DNA from: a virus
Taxonomy: Duplodnaviria > Caudoviricetes
Strand: one strand, 5' to 3'
Length of the DNA stretch: 24,915 nt
IMG/VR virus record: IMGVR_UViG_3300011013_002753
Coordinates: 1-24,915 of that record
The position numbers and the translations under genes are program-made. How positions within the stretch are numbered: position 1 is the stretch's first letter; each line of letters opens with the position of its first letter. This document shows, in pieces, positions 24,288 to 24,915 of this stretch. A model generated the notes under the pieces. The model was given only the letters and a program-made list of their open reading frames with translations, was not told the origin of the DNA and ran no database searches.

Positions 24288-24546
24288 CAAAGTTTACGGA
24301 ATTTGGAATAAAGAAGGAATTAATAATCAACAATGGGTTGAAGAAACTATAGCTAAAATTAATGCTAATTTTAGTAACGTAACTGCAGAAGCTGTTGATT
24401 CCGACCATGAAATGAATGATAGACACGGTATAGGAAGATATCCCGCATTTATAGCTATTAAAAACGATGCAGTATTAGATAAAAAAATTGGAAAATTTAT
24501 GAATAATGAAGTAGAACAGTGGCTAACAAATTATGGATGGGACTAA
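24280..24546 (+). CDS. Thioredoxin-fold-like protein lacking CxxC
   Basis: VDSD..MNDRHGIGRYPAFIAIKND..LDKKIG matches the thioredoxin C-terminal half. No Cys in the protein. Confidence 0.55.
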   Translation: MSNKVYGIWNKEGINNQQWVEETIAKINANFSNVTAEAVDSDHEMNDRHGIGRYPAFIAIKNDAVLDKKIGKFMNNEVEQWLTNYGWD

Positions 24547-24558
24547 TTCTAGTAATAT

Positions 24559-24915
24559 ATGAAAAAGATAGCGTTTATTCCGCATAAAAAAAGAATAGAA
24601 AGACATAAAGTTGATTATCTAAGAGCAATTTCTGATGTAATGGAAGACCCTTATCAATCAGAAGACGGAAGAGATGTTAGAGGCGTTCAACTTAAATTAA
24701 TAAATAAATGTGCAGAACTTTCTGGAGTGCCTTATTGGACATTTACAAATTGCTGTACAGATGCATTACAAATATCTATACACGCTCTTACTAAACCAAA
24801 TGATATTATTTTAATGTCCTCATATGGATGGCGAGCTTTTGCTAATGCCGCTTCATTTATGAATAGACAAATACGATTTACTGATTGTGATGCTACAGGT
24901 AATATGGACATGGAC
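24559..24915 (+). CDS. DegT/DnrJ/EryC1/StrS PLP-dependent sugar aminotransferase (partial, runs off the window)
   Basis: Hand translation: MKKIAFIPH...TNCCTDALQISIHALTKPNDIILMSSYGWRAFANAASF...IRFTDCDATGNMD, matching the NSGTDAL/DEVI/ATANA/FVD pattern. Confidence 0.78.
   Translation, partial: MKKIAFIPHKKRIERHKVDYLRAISDVMEDPYQSEDGRDVRGVQLKLINKCAELSGVPYWTFTNCCTDALQISIHALTKPNDIILMSSYGWRAFANAASFMNRQIRFTDCDATGNMDMD

Noticed and set aside
23063-24426. Minus-strand ORFs 23063..23272, 23107..23289 and 24214..24426
   Set aside because: Antisense to the plus-strand operon, which has promoter and RBS support.
1-24915. Cellular (bacterial chromosome) or eukaryotic giant-virus origin
   Set aside because: The endolysin-spanin cassette, DsbA-like protein and mosaic of short overlapping genes without housekeeping operons favour a phage, and SD sites and sigma70 promoters argue against NCLDV. 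Not formally proven without structural genes.

Overview
AT-rich, densely packed, mostly minus-strand window that reads as part of a large (myovirus-like) phage of a Gram-negative, probably aquatic proteobacterial host. This is inferred from gene content; no capsid or terminase gene is in the window. The left 8.3 kb is one tightly packed minus-strand run. It begins with a lysis cassette (GH108 endolysin, overlapping i-/o-spanin, two paralogous holin-like proteins). It continues into a curli/type VIII secretion-like module: csgF, csgG, a curlin-repeat protein, a FecR-domain protein, a second curlin-repeat protein with an N-terminal globular domain, a LapG/BTLCP-like cysteine protease and a CHASE2 membrane sensor whose probable cyclase domain lies beyond the window edge. 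The middle and right carry auxiliary genes: IscA/HesB, a TAXI-TRAP transporter pair, three 2OG-Fe(II) oxygenases, a PD-(D/E)XK exonuclease, a SleB-like hydrolase, a NodU-type carbamoyltransferase, Hsp20 (own promoter, ROSE-like thermometer, terminator), a SET-domain protein, a variant SpeD, two paralogous PP-loop proteins, a zinc-less Fpg/Nei, a divergent SGNH-like pair, a T4 DsbA-like protein, a Cys-less thioredoxin-like protein and a partial DegT aminotransferase. Several near-consensus sigma70 promoters are visible. All family calls come from motifs read by eye, not from database searches.
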